Positions 11,194 through 23,016 of a stretch of DNA of 27,446 nucleotides are shown here, piece by piece. Under the pieces are notes generated by a model, which searched no databases, was not told the origin of the DNA, and saw nothing but the letters and a program-made list of their open reading frames with translations. Source of the DNA: Octopus sinensis (lineage: Eukaryota); NCBI RefSeq assembly GCF_006345805.1, contig NW_021833370.1, positions 1 to 27,446 on the forward strand, in the 5' to 3' direction. The number at the start of each line of letters is the position of its first letter. The first letter of the stretch is position 1. A program made the position numbers and the translations under genes.

Positions 11194-11751
11194 ATATACA
11201 TATATATACTTACATAAATATGGGTATATACATACATACAGATATAAATATGTGTGTGTGTTTATGTGTGAATTATTTGTCTTTTAGGCTCAATGCCAAT
11301 TCAGTGGAAGGTAACCAAATGACACACACGCACACTTACACATACACACAATTATACATATATATACATACACATATATATATATATATATACATACATA
11401 CATATTTATATACATATATGTATATGTATGTATGTATATTTATCTATATGAATGTATGTATATTTATATATGTGCATATACATATTATACATTAGCGCTC
11501 GACAAATGGAATTATAACACAGTCCAAAACAGATATTTTATATAGATTCAATTTATTAGTTTAGTTAGCTACTTTTCTTTCCTTATTTATTTATTTTTTT
11601 ATTTATTTATTTATTTATTTTACCATATATCCTGAATGTATTTTCATCTGTTTCTTTGTACTAACAATTGGTTTAGGTCGATGCAAACACAGCAAGCCAA
11701 GACGGACCGAGGATAATTAGTAGAATCGCCAAAACACGTTACACGTGGGAT

Positions 11752-11820
<69 letters not shown>

Positions 11821-12149
11821 CGCGCGTGCGTAGTTGGTTGTCCGTGTCTGCTTTTCCAATTCTATTAATAAATTGGTTTGACATTCACACACATTCAAAT
11901 ATGCAGACACACACAAAACATATATGTAAGTATATATATCTACACACACACACACACATATATATATATATTATATATATATATATATTATATATATATA
12001 TATATATACATATATATACATACATATATATATATATATATATACATATATATACATATATATACATATATATATGTATATATATATACATATATATATG
12101 GGTGCTTGAGTATGTGTGTGTATACAAATTATATATATATATATATATA

Positions 12150-12232
<83 letters not shown>

Positions 12233-12330
12233 TACATGTACATACGCAAACATGCATATATATACAGATATATATATAAATGTATATGCAAATATATGTA
12301 TGTATATAAACATGTACGTATATATACACA
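10865..12330. repeat. Microsatellite-rich tract ((CT)n, (GA)n, (TA)n, (CA)n, (TG)n) with short unique islands
   Basis: Direct inspection. Confidence 0.85.
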
Positions 12331-12471
12331 AACACACCCGTGTATGTTCCAGAGACAAGAGAATTTATACATGACCATTCGACCTGCAAGAAATATCAGT
12401 TTAATTCTTCCTCAAATTAAATCTGAATGTCTATTGTAAAATAGACACACATGAAGACCCCTATATACCTC

Positions 12472-12546
<75 letters not shown>

Positions 12547-13045
12547 TAAATGCCTTTAAATAACTTCTAGATACCTCTAAAATTCCATATATACATACCC
12601 AATTTGTATATTAGCAGACAAAAGTCTGGTTTTCATCCCCCGATAAATTTGTGAATAAAAACAATAAATTACGAACATTGATTTCATTTTTCTCCCTACG
12701 GTATAATTCTTTTTGGTGTACGTTTATTTACAAATGGTAGATCTACTGTTTCGTCCAAGCTCAAAATGGCGTGCAAATGAACGAATAAAAATACTAAGAA
12801 ATCCACCATTGTTTGCTCATACAGGCTTGTGTGGTGCATAAACAAATAAATACCTACATACATACATACATCCATACATGCATACATGCATACATACATA
12901 CATACATACATACATACATACATACATACATACATACATACATACATACATACATACATACATACAAAGATACCCTGTTGTTGATGTTGAAATTCCAATG
13001 GAGGAACCCTGGATCTAGGTTAGAAACCGGCTCTTTCTCTACTGG

Positions 13046-13372
13046 TGAAGACGCGTGGCTTAGTGGTTAGGGCATTCGACTGACGATTGTAAAGTCGTGA
13101 GTTCGATTCCCGGCGATGCGTTGTGTCCTTGAGCAAGACACTTTATTTCACGTTGCTCCAGTCCACTCAGCTGGCAAAAATGAGTTGTACCTGTATTTCA
13201 AAGGGCCGGCCTTGTCACACTCTGTGTCAGGCTGAATCTCCCTGAGAACTACGTTAAGGGTACTCGTGTCTGTGGATTGCTTAGTCACTTGCACGTTAAT
13301 TTCACGAGCAAGCTGTTCCGTTGATCGTATCAGCTGGGACCCTCGTCGTCGTAACCGACGGAGTGCTCCTAC
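13046..13372 (+). mobile_element. SINE group B, tail type 1, with 13-bp TSD
   Basis: ctttctctactgg at 13033-13045 and 13373-13385; head gcgtggcttagtggttagg...gagttcgattcc; core gtgtccttgagcaagacacttt. Confidence 0.92.
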
Positions 13373-13469
13373 CTTTCTCTACTGGCAAGAAATCTTGAGA
13401 TAAAACTGAATAATGACATACATACATAGATGTGTGTGTGTCTGTGTGTGTCTGTGTGTGTGTGTGTAG

Positions 13470-13621
13470 ATGCAAACGTGGTTGTATGATAAGAAGTTTC
13501 CTGCTCGACCCAGTAGTTCGGGTTTCAGGTCCACCTCATGGCACCTTGTGCAAGTGCTTTCTGTTATAGCTTCGGGCAGCTAAAACCTTGTGTGTAGATT
13601 TGGCAGACGTATATATGGGTG

Positions 13622-13664
<43 letters not shown>

Positions 13665-13786
13665 ATGTATGCATGTATGTATGTATATGTGCACGTGTGT
13701 GCGCGTGCGTGTATATACATATATATTAATTATGAGAGAATAGATACTTTTGGATTACTGTGCTAGATGAGCATATAGTACTCTCT

Positions 13787-13818
<32 letters not shown>

Positions 13819-14028
13819 GTACGTGTGTTTTTGAATCTGTGTTTTTCCCCGACCACGTCTGGTCAACCGGTGTTGGTATGTTTACATCACTGTAAATCAG
13901 ACTTTCGGCAAAAGGGACCGATATGGTAAGCACCGATATAGTAAGCTATGGGGGAAGATTCCTTCTTCAAAGTGATGCCCCAGCATGGCCGCCGGAGTCC
14001 AATGACTGAAACAAGAAAAAAGACAAAA
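13470..14028 (+). mobile_element. Old SINE group C copy with an expanded internal microsatellite
   Basis: Diverged head at 13470-13610, ~220 nt of TA/TG repeats and AT-rich sequence, then the 3' half ending aatgactgaaacaag. Confidence 0.75.
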
Positions 14029-14244
14029 GCGATGCTTTGTTGTGAGGATGAGAATGGGTGAGCGGGGTAAATGATGCCCGAGCACTAAAGGTAGAGTTAA
14101 ATGTAAGGCGTTATTGAAACTGAAACAAACTTCACAAAGTATGCAACCGGTCATCTGAGGATCAGTTATGAGAATCTCGGAGTGACAACTTGTGAAGAAT
14201 TTTAAGATTAATAAAATTTTCTTGCCACACCTTTCTAATATTCC

Positions 14245-14475
14245 TCTCTCTCTCTCTCTCTCTCTCTTTCATTCTTTCCCGCCTTCTCAGTATATATATA
14301 TATGTATATATGTATGTATATACACATATATATATACATATATATATACATATATACTTATATATATATATATATACACATATATTTGGAAATGGATGCA
14401 TAGCGTTCAGTCAAATAATAATATATAATTTATACATATATATATATGTATGTATGTATATATATATATACATAT

Positions 14476-14521
<46 letters not shown>

Positions 14522-14638
14522 TGTATGTATGTATGTATGTATGTATGTATGTATGTATGTATGTATGTATGTATGTATGTATGTATGTATGTATGTATGT
14601 ATGTATGTATATATGTATGTATGTATGTATGCATGTAT
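14245..14638. repeat. (CT)n, (TA)n and (TATG)n microsatellites
   Basis: Direct inspection. Confidence 0.9.
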
Positions 14639-14916
14639 ATATGGGTACAGGACGTCACAAACAGTAAACAAGATGAAATACGGAAACAAACGAGTTGAAT
14701 ACACAAACAGCGAGAGAAACAAACGGAAAACAGGACAAGAAACATAAAGAACGACTCTTCATCGGTTGTCGGCTGCCGATCTACTCCTCATTTCGAACAC
14801 TGAACGACAATATGAGTCTTCGAAAGCAGTTGCTCCCACAAATACCAAAATAAAATTTGGGATTTATGGAGGGGTCAAAGTTGGGAACAAAGACAGGGCA
14901 GTGGAGACATACAATA

Positions 14917-14927
<11 letters not shown>
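14639..14927. mobile_element. Unclassified interspersed-repeat-like segment between microsatellites, possibly a PLE-type terminal repeat
   Basis: Purine-rich block bounded by (TATG)n and (TA)n; family assignment is recollection only. Confidence 0.35.
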
Positions 14928-14951
<24 letters not shown>

Positions 14952-14957
<6 letters not shown>

Positions 14958-15132
14958 TAATCCAAACAAGAAAACAAAAAGACAACAACGCAAGGATGTG
15001 GAACAAATAAAGTATTATTGGACGCTCAGGAAAGAAGGGAAGAAGGAGGGTTTGACGTTTCGAGCGGAGCTCTTCGTCGGAAACATAGGAGAAGGAAAGA
15101 TCCCGAGAAGGGAAGACAGAGGAAAAAAATTC
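14952..15132 (-). mobile_element. Short PLE-like element carrying a minimal hammerhead motif, copy 1
   Basis: Homologous to 18960-19150 in the opposite orientation; bounded by (TA)n. Confidence 0.7.
15050..15084 (-). ncRNA. Minimal type I hammerhead-like ribozyme with U4C core
   Basis: GUUU-CCGACGA-A-GAGC(UCC)GCUC-GAAA-C-GUC-AAAC; palindromic ACGU stem III. Confidence 0.6.
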
Positions 15133-15491
15133 CCTATATATATATACATGCATATATATGATATATATGCATGTATGTATGTATGTATGTGTATGTATGT
15201 ATGTATGTATGTATGTATGTATATATGTATGTATATAAAGGTAAATTCTTATGTTGGTAGATCACCGTTTACAACGCCTTCGCTAAGAAAAGGGCGTAAG
15301 TATTGCTTATCTAAATAGGATGTATAAGTCTATAAATACATATACACACACATACACACACGTACAGACACACACCACACACACACATATGTACACATAT
15401 AATTTTATGAGTGTGTGCACGTACATAGTCGTACCAGAGTTATAAAATCTAAGACAGCTATATTTTACGTAGATCAAACACTAATTAACTA

Positions 15492-16446
15492 CAATGAAAA
15501 GTGCGGGCGCAGATTCCTAGAATATTCTTAAGTATTGCTCCTGGAAGTTTACAGAACAAGCACTAATTAAGCTTCGAAAAGTATTGGACAAGAAAAGAAA
15601 AATTAAAATATTACTGCTGAAGTTAGAATTTAAAACTAAAATAGTAATGAATTCCCTTTTATATATTTTTTTTTTACTTAAAAGCTTAAATGAAGCTATT
15701 TAAGAAGCTATTTATTTTCTATTTTAGTGAAAAAAAACTAATTGTCTGCAAGTTTACACATTAAATATTTCATATTACAAATTTGTATATTTTCAAAAAT
15801 CACTAAATAGCAATTTATGCAAAACTGACAATTATAACCCCGAAGTATAAAAAAAGATTTTAAAAAAAACTAGAGTCATTTCTACATTTTGCAATAAATT
15901 TGTTCATGGGATTTCATTCTTCATAATATTTTTCTAACTGTAAATAGGAAATATTTTGTTATCTGATGATGCAATCTTTAAAGAAATTCATTCTTTTTTA
16001 CCTGTTTAAAAAACTTTTTAATACTATATGTTATTCGTTTTAATTACATATATTCTACATGAGTTTAATTTTGAAACACAATATCTGTGATTTAAATTTT
16101 TTGAATAATGTGTTTAGTTAAGAAAAGAAAATTAAAAAGGTAATATAATATTAAAAATAGGAAAGAAAATCTTTCGTCTTAATACAAAGAAATTTTTAAC
16201 TCAAAAATATTAACTTAAATTTTTTTAAATTATAATAAAAAGCAAAAAAGTCATAAAAAACAAGACACAGCACACACTATTTCATGAACAATTTCAGAAA
16301 TTTATTTACTAAATCCTAACTTCAGCTGTGAGGTTTAAATTTTTTCTTTTGTCCTGTACTTTTCCAAGCTTAAATTACGGTTTGTGTACTTTCCCAGGTT
16401 CAATACTTAAGAATATTCGAGGATCCTGCGTCCATATTTTTCATTG
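15492..16446. mobile_element. 955-bp non-autonomous DNA transposon-like element with ~140-bp imperfect inverted arms and TA flanks
   Basis: TA at 15490-15491 and 16447-16448; arms at 15492-15632 and 16310-16446; outer 46 nt match 39/46; interior AT-rich with no ORF. Confidence 0.75.
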
Positions 16447-16805
16447 TAGTCCACTTTCCTTTCCTAGGCAACGCTTCTATGCTTGTGGCTAATTATATTT
16501 ACCTTTCTAATTTTTAAAAAATGATACTATTTTACATATTTTTAGATACAGATTTTAAATACAGATTTTGTTCAAATTTAAAAACTTTGTTTGCACATAA
16601 AATAAAAAAGGATTAACAGCATACTATCTGTTACAAGTAAATATATTATGATAAAATAATGTTATATTCTAATCAAATAATTAATAATTAGCTTTTTTCA
16701 TGAGTGAATTTTTTTATTTTGATATGTTTTTAGTAAGTACATAATTTAATATAGAAACAAAATAATAAAAATGAATATGAAATCGCAAGAAATCATAACT
16801 ATTTT

Positions 16806-17221
16806 TAGGCGCAGGAGTGACTGACTGTGTGCTAAGTAGCTTGATTATCAAGCACGTGGTTCCGGGTTCAGTCCCACTGCGTGGCATCTTGGGCAAGTGT
16901 CTTCTATTATAACCTCGGGCCGACAAAAGCTTTGGGAATGGATTTGGTAGACAGAATCTGAAAGAAGTCCGTCGTATATATATGTGTGGTGTGTGTGTGT
17001 GTGTGTATGTTTGTTTGTCTATGTTTTTCCCCACAGCATCGCTTGACAACTGATATTGGTGTGTTTACGTCCCCGTAACTTAGGGATTCGGCAAGATGGA
17101 CCGATAGAATAAGCACTAGGTTTACAAAGAATAAGTCCTGGGATCGATATGTTCGACTAAAAGGCGGTGCTCCAGCATGGCCATAGTCAAATGACTGAAA
17201 CAAGTAAAAGAATAAAAGAAT
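16806..17221 (+). mobile_element. SINE group C, full length
   Basis: Runs from taggcgcaggagtg to an (AAAAGAAT)n tail. Confidence 0.92.
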
Positions 17222-18194
17222 GCTTAACCTTTTTCAGGCGGTGTTTTCTCCTAAATATTCGTCTTGTTGAATTATTTGTCTTGATTTTAAATAATATCAT
17301 CTTTCTCTTAAATAGTTTGATTTCTAAAAATTACACTTTTTTTCTTCTTCGTCACTTGAAACCACACAGCAGTTTTCGTAGCTGATAGTTTTGGACAAGG
17401 TTTTCGCCATAAGATTCTTCTCATACGATTCTTTTATGTGAAAATAGCTTAGAAAATCGACTAAATACCCTCAGAAAACGAAAAACAAAATACTTGGCAA
17501 GCCACCACAGACACACAAGTGACCCATAATGTCATATGATGTTTTTATAATGCTAAATATTTTAAAACGACAAAAATATTTTACTTTCTTAAAATGATCA
17601 CATTTTTACTCGTCAGTAAATATTTTTTGACGAGGTTTTCACTATAGCATTTATCTCAGCGGACTCATTCGTTTGAACATAACTGTTGAATGGTTTTCTT
17701 CAACAAGAGCTGAGATATTTTAATTCAAAGTCACTTTTCCGCCTTACTCCGCCATTTTTACCTCATATATTTTCAACTAATTTTTTTCATTTTTGAATGA
17801 GCGAAATTCCAGTTATTTGATTGCGAAATGTAGCTAAAGACTGGACAATCATTGCTGAAAAAACTGCACTCAGTTTGTTTGAGAATTGAATTGATGAGTT
17901 CGCGAGTGACTAAAACTGACAAGTGCAGTAGATAGTTATGCTACTGTATCAAAACATTACAATGGAGGTCGAATAATCACCCTGAGACTCGTCCCGGGGT
18001 GAGTTGCTCGTAACCTATTGTCGGGAACAGCCCAGCCCCTTGTGTGAAATTATGTTACCTACCAAGTTTTTGCAATATATATGTATATGTTTGTATGTAT
18101 GTGTGAATATATATATATTATATATAATATATATATATATATATATACATATATATATTATACATACATATATATACAATAATACATTATATAC

Positions 18195-18260
<66 letters not shown>

Positions 18261-18697
18261 AACATATATGCACAAACATATATACATATATAATAGATAT
18301 AGTTATATTATAGCTAGTTGTGACCTGTCAGAGAGTAACCATCGGTTTCGCACCCATAATTTCTTTGTGGTAAAGACTCGTTCAACGGAGGCACTTAACC
18401 TCTTAACAACTGGAGATAGGAATACAGTCTTAGTCAGTCAGAATTGTGGGGAAAAACTACAAAATGAAATTCTACTGAGCATCAATTTTGGGGGTTTGTT
18501 CACAACCCTGACTCACCAAGAGTGCATTCCTACCTCCTATTGTAGATAGGTTATGAGCTTCCGACAAACAAGTCTGAGATATTACATTCACTGCTAAGAA
18601 CTTTGTAGATGAAAAACCAGCGGTAACTCCCTCATGGCCATGCTGCTACTATATTAATTACACATGAGAGATAGATAGGTATACGTACCACAACACC

Positions 18698-18734
<37 letters not shown>

Positions 18735-18810
18735 ATATATATTATATTTATGCATGTATAATATATAATTATATATATGTAACATATAATATGTATAGAA
18801 GTAGAGATAA

Positions 18811-18848
<38 letters not shown>

Positions 18849-18959
18849 TATATAGATATATATATATATTACGTATGTGTGGGTACATACATATATCTAT
18901 ATACAAAGTATATATATACATATGCATATTGTATATGCATGTAGATGTGTATATACATA

Positions 18960-19150
18960 GATTTATTTCCTCCGTCCTCCTTTTCTCTTGGACTTTCCTT
19001 CCTCTCCTGTCTCCGAAGAAGAGCTTTGCTCGAAACGTAAAACACCCTTTCTTTCCTTCACTGAGCTTCTTTTAATACTTTGCATGTACCACGTCCTTGC
19101 GTTGCGGTTTTTTTCTTGTGTTTTTCTTTTCATTTTCTTATTATTAATAT
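18960..19150 (+). mobile_element. Short PLE-like element carrying a minimal hammerhead motif, copy 2
   Basis: Aligns with the reverse complement of 14952-15132. Confidence 0.7.
19008..19044 (+). ncRNA. Minimal type I hammerhead-like ribozyme with U4C core
   Basis: UGUCU-CCGAAGA-A-GAGC(UUU)GCUC-GAAA-C-GUA-AAACA; one mismatch in stem I. Confidence 0.5.
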
Positions 19151-19164
19151 ACATGTCTCATGTA

Positions 19165-19862
19165 TTGGATCATCCCATAAATAATGCGGTTAAAAGTCAG
19201 AGGGGGACGGAATAAACTACCAGCATCAACTTGCTATAAAAGCAGGTAGTAATTACACCTTACCTTTGTTCTTAGAGCAAAAGTGCAGTTCGATTTTAAC
19301 AGATATTTTTTCAAAGCCGTAATGGAAGTGACAAAGAAGCATATTCGGCGTATTTCGCTTTATGAGTTTAATAAAGGTAACAACGTAATGGAAAGTGTGG
19401 GGAATATTAATGCAGTTTTTGGAGTTCAGACAATAAGCGTAAGCCAGTGTCAATGGTTGTTCTAGAAATTCTGAGCCGGAAACTACAGCCTGGAAGACGA
19501 GTCTCGTACTGGATGATCTGTAGAGCTCGACGAGGACGTCCTGCAAACCATGGTGGAAAAAAATCCCATCACAACTGTTCAGCAACTAGCAGGGAAGATT
19601 GGATTTGGTCGTTCAACCATTCATCGATACATGCGTGACATCGGAAAAGTCAGCAAATTGGGTCAATGGGTTCCTCACAAACTGTCCGAGTCTAATCGCG
19701 CGCAGAGACTGACTGTGTGCTCTTCTTTGTTCGCACGTCTCACGAATAAACCTTTTTTAGCCCGAAAAGTGACTGATGACAAGAAATGGGTTCGCTATAA
19801 AAATGTCGAGCGCCGAAGACATTGGACAGAGAAAGGAGAAACACCGGCACCCCAGGCAAAAG
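19165..19862 (+). mobile_element. Mariner transposon, 5' half (TA, 5' TIR, 5' UTR, truncated transposase)
   Basis: TA at 19163-19164; ttggatcatcccataaataatgcggtt resembles Hsmar1/cecropia-type TIRs (TTAGGTTGGTGCAAAAGTAATTGCGG); no matching 3' TIR seen. Confidence 0.85.
19322..19862 (+). pseudogene. Mariner (DD34D) transposase pseudogene, N-terminal ~180 codons, three in-frame stops, no frameshift
   Basis: MEVTKKHIRRISLYEFNKG...WLF*KF*AGNYSLEDESRTG*SVELDEDVLQTMVEKNP...GKVSKLGQWVPHKL...KVTDDKKWVRYKN; WVPHKL corresponds to WVPHEL and VTDDKKW to (I)VTGDEKW. Confidence 0.95.
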
Positions 19863-20017
19863 ATGTATATATGTATGCATGCATGCATGTATGTATGCAT
19901 GTATTATCTATGTATGTATCTATGCATGCATGTATGTATACATGTATGTATGTATGTATGTATGTATGTTTGTATGTACGTATGTATGTATGTATGTATG
20001 TATGTATGTATGTATGT

Positions 20018-20572
20018 GTCAGGTCACTTTTGAGTGCTACTGGTAACATGTAACCCAGTGCAACCTGTTGCATAGTCGGGTCGTCGGCGACTAAACCGGC
20101 AACCCCACCAAGCTTGCTTTGTGAGGAGGGTGTTTATTGGACACCCTGCGGGATGAAAAACAAAACCAGTCAAAGGGCGGAGGAACTCTTGAGTGTCAAC
20201 GGCCATCCAATAAATGTCTTAAGGCTGTATCATGCGCGGGGACATAGAAATAATCGGACTGAATACCCGATCGCACAGTTAAACCATTGGGAGTGAAGGA
20301 CTCTCAGCCTTTTGTAGGGCATCCTTCTAGAAGAAGGTAACTCAGGTAACTGGGATAACTCCGACATAAAACCTGCGGCTTAGTGGTTACCGATGATGTT
20401 GACTTGTTCTTCTTTCGGATTAGGCTGGTGCTGTTGCTTAGTGAGTGGGATTGACTCAGTGCACAGCCTTTCCTCACTTTAAAAAAAATCTTCTTGCACA
20501 GGCATTGCACGATAACAACATTGATTAAGCTTCGTGCAATGGCCATACTCGATAACGAGGGGGCAGCCACCG
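20018..20572 (+). mobile_element. Probable RTE-type LINE 5' UTR-like segment between (TATG)n tracts
   Basis: gggcatccttctagaagaaggtaactc...aaacctgcggc resembles the gcaaccagtctaggagaaggaaaactc...aaacc motif I recall from RTE 5' UTRs. Confidence 0.4.
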
Positions 20573-20877
20573 TATGCATGCATGCATGGATGTATGTATG
20601 CATGTGTGGGTGTATGTATGTACGTCAGATTTCAAAATAGACATAATTGATTATTTCTTTTTCAATTCGAAAGAATGGAAAGTCATTAATTATATGACAA
20701 AGATTTTTTTTTCCTTAATATTATCACAATTATCTCATTTATCAGATTGTAGGTACGCAAAAAGCAATAACGTGTTATCTACCATTGAAGATAAGAGAGC
20801 ATATTGCATAACTTCTGACGGTATACAAACATATACGACAATAATATATACTCTTGGTCACATACTAACAAACACAC

Positions 20878-21037
20878 ATGGGAGTGAATGTGTGGCTAAG
20901 AAGCTTATTCCCCGACCACTTGGTCTTGGTTTCAGTCCCATTGCGAAGCAGTTTGTGATGGTATCTTGTACTTCAGCTCTAGGCCGACAAAGCAGAGTGT
21001 GTGTATTTGTTAGACGGGAACTGAAAAAAGCCCGTCG

Positions 21038-21089
<52 letters not shown>

Positions 21090-21300
21090 TATATATATAT
21101 ATATGCGTGTGTGCGTACGTGTATGTGAGTATATGTGTGTGTGAGTGTGTGTGTGTGTGTGTGTGTGCATGTGTGTGTCATTGTCCTCCACTACCGCCGC
21201 TTCATAACCGATGATGGTCTGCTGACAGCCCCCCGTAGCTTACCAGTTTGTTGGTAAAACAGACGATTGGAATGAATAAACACTAGACTTTTAAATATTA
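20878..21300 (+). mobile_element. Old SINE group C copy
   Basis: Diverged head ggagtgaatgtgtggctaagaagctt...ggtttcagtcccattgcg; aagcccgtcgta followed by microsatellite; diverged 3' half. Confidence 0.7.
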
Positions 21301-21367
21301 GTATTGTGAATTTGGTGACTGAAGGTAAAAGATATAAGTTGTATGTATATGTGTGATATAATATATA

Positions 21368-21429
<62 letters not shown>

Positions 21430-21823
21430 GTACATATGTATGTATGTATATATGTATGTATACACACACACATGTGAGCTTGTGTGTGTGAGTGTATGTG
21501 TGTATTTATGTATGTATGTATGTATGTATGTATGTATGTATGTATGTATGTATGTATGTATGTATATGTATATTATTTTTTAATAAGAATCGTATTGATA
21601 GTATTCTCGAAGTTTCGGCTAGCTAAACTGTCTTCGGACAGACGGACCGAAGCATCTAAGTTACTATCAATACTATAATCGTTAAAGAATGATAAATTTG
21701 TACGCTACCAAATGTATTGAGTAATGCTTCAACTTTTTATTATAACAAAAACACGCTTATGTGTTTGTGTGTGTTTGTGTGTGCGTGTGTGTGTGTGAGT
21801 ATGAGAACGAGAGAATTTTGTAT

Positions 21824-22080
21824 TTTCGACTAAATAACCAAGCGAGGTGTAACATCTCGGAGAGGTTTTTGGCCAACTACTTGTGGCATTTAAAAGAAGA
21901 GGGAACGCCATACAGAATCAAATAGAAACTCCTGGCCATACCTCAACTGAAGCAGACAATGTAATTTCTGCTTGGTGGAAAGAACAAGAGTTCTAAAACC
22001 CTTCACATCCGGGGCCTTCTTAAATTCAATAAATGAGATATTTATTCGGTGACTCCGTGAGATCAAATTCATGCTGGAGA
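21824..22080 (+). pseudogene. Decayed Penelope-like element ORF C-terminus (GIY-YIG endonuclease region)
   Basis: FRLNNQ...ANYLWHLKEEGTPYRIK*KLLA, a frameshift, then PYLN*SRQCNFCLVERTRVLK...FLNSINEIFIR*LREIKFML; fits the PLE pattern W.LK....Y.I.W.I....Y...S..C.LC..EK..IL....LN.R.E...C.H..KF. Confidence 0.75.
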
Positions 22081-22554
22081 CATGGGTTTTCTCGCTTGCT
22101 AATTAGTGAACGGAAAGCATACATAAACTAACCCTTTTCGGACACAACTGAGCCCCTTGTACAGGAGGGATTTTCGCTTCGAAGAGTTTCGTTTCAGATT
22201 TTTTTCAACCCTATGCTGGCTGAAATTGTATCCTTACTTCCATTAATAAAAAGGTTATGTACCTCTGGCCAGCAGGTGAAATGGGTAGTTTATATTGTTA
22301 AGAGTAATAATAGACGTGAAACCAATGGTCACTTTCTGACCAGCCATAACCAACATCTGTGTAAAATACAGAGTAATTCAAAATGAAAGGTTCAAAAAGG
22401 AAATATACATGTGGCTGTATTCATAGTTACGTATTTTCGTGGTACCTTTTATTTTGAATTACTCAGTATTACCGCTCAAAAATAGTTTTAGAGTGTGCTT
22501 TTTTCGCAGTTATGAACAACTGACGGATATATATATAAAGATATATATATATAT

Positions 22555-22880
22555 GCATGATTGCTCAATGGTTAGAGCGTTGAGCTTACAATCGTGAGGT
22601 TGGGAGTTCGATTCTCAGATCGAGTGTGTGTTGTTCTTGATCAAGACATTTAATTTAACGTTGATCCAGTTCCACAGTTGCAAAAATGTGTTGCAGCATC
22701 ACTGGTGCCAACCTATATCGGTCTTTGCGCTTTGGGGGGGGTGACAACATTGGTGGTGTGGAGAGGGGAGGATGGTATACGTAGGTGACAGCTGACTTTC
22801 CACAAACATCCTTGCTCGGACTTGTGCCTCGGAGGGGAACTTTGTAGGTGCAATCCGGTGGTTAATCGTGACCATGGGAT
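22555..22880 (+). mobile_element. SINE group B, tail type 3, diverged
   Basis: gctcaatggttagagcg...ggagttcgattc...gttcttgatcaagacattt...ttgcaaaaatg, then a tail unlike the other B copies. Confidence 0.75.
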
Positions 22881-22899
22881 TATCATATATACATACATG

Positions 22900-22932
<33 letters not shown>

Positions 22933-23016
22933 TGAGAGAGTGAGAGAGAGGTAGACAGATATGTAGATAGATAGATACATACATACATACACACACATAC
23001 ATGCATATATATATCT

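Noticed and set aside
11659-11745. Perfect TACTAAC branch point and tttAG acceptor at 11675-11676
   Set aside because: No convincing donor or recognisable peptide in any frame.
13046-13115. tRNA gene-like sequences with A and B boxes (also at other SINE heads)
   Set aside because: They continue into SINE core and tail, and I could not form a full cloverleaf.
14750-14830. CCGAUGA-A-GAG on the minus strand, a possible further variant hammerhead
   Set aside because: No GAAA after a stem II, and a type II arrangement with the upstream GAAA gives no stem III or cleavage triplet.
17575-17635. CUGACGA...GAAA on the minus strand around an AT-rich hairpin
   Set aside because: Stems I and III cannot form; probably chance in AT-rich DNA.
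22140-22200. Possible decayed hammerhead just downstream of the PLE ORF relic (ctgagcccc...ggg)
   Set aside because: The core motifs are incomplete.
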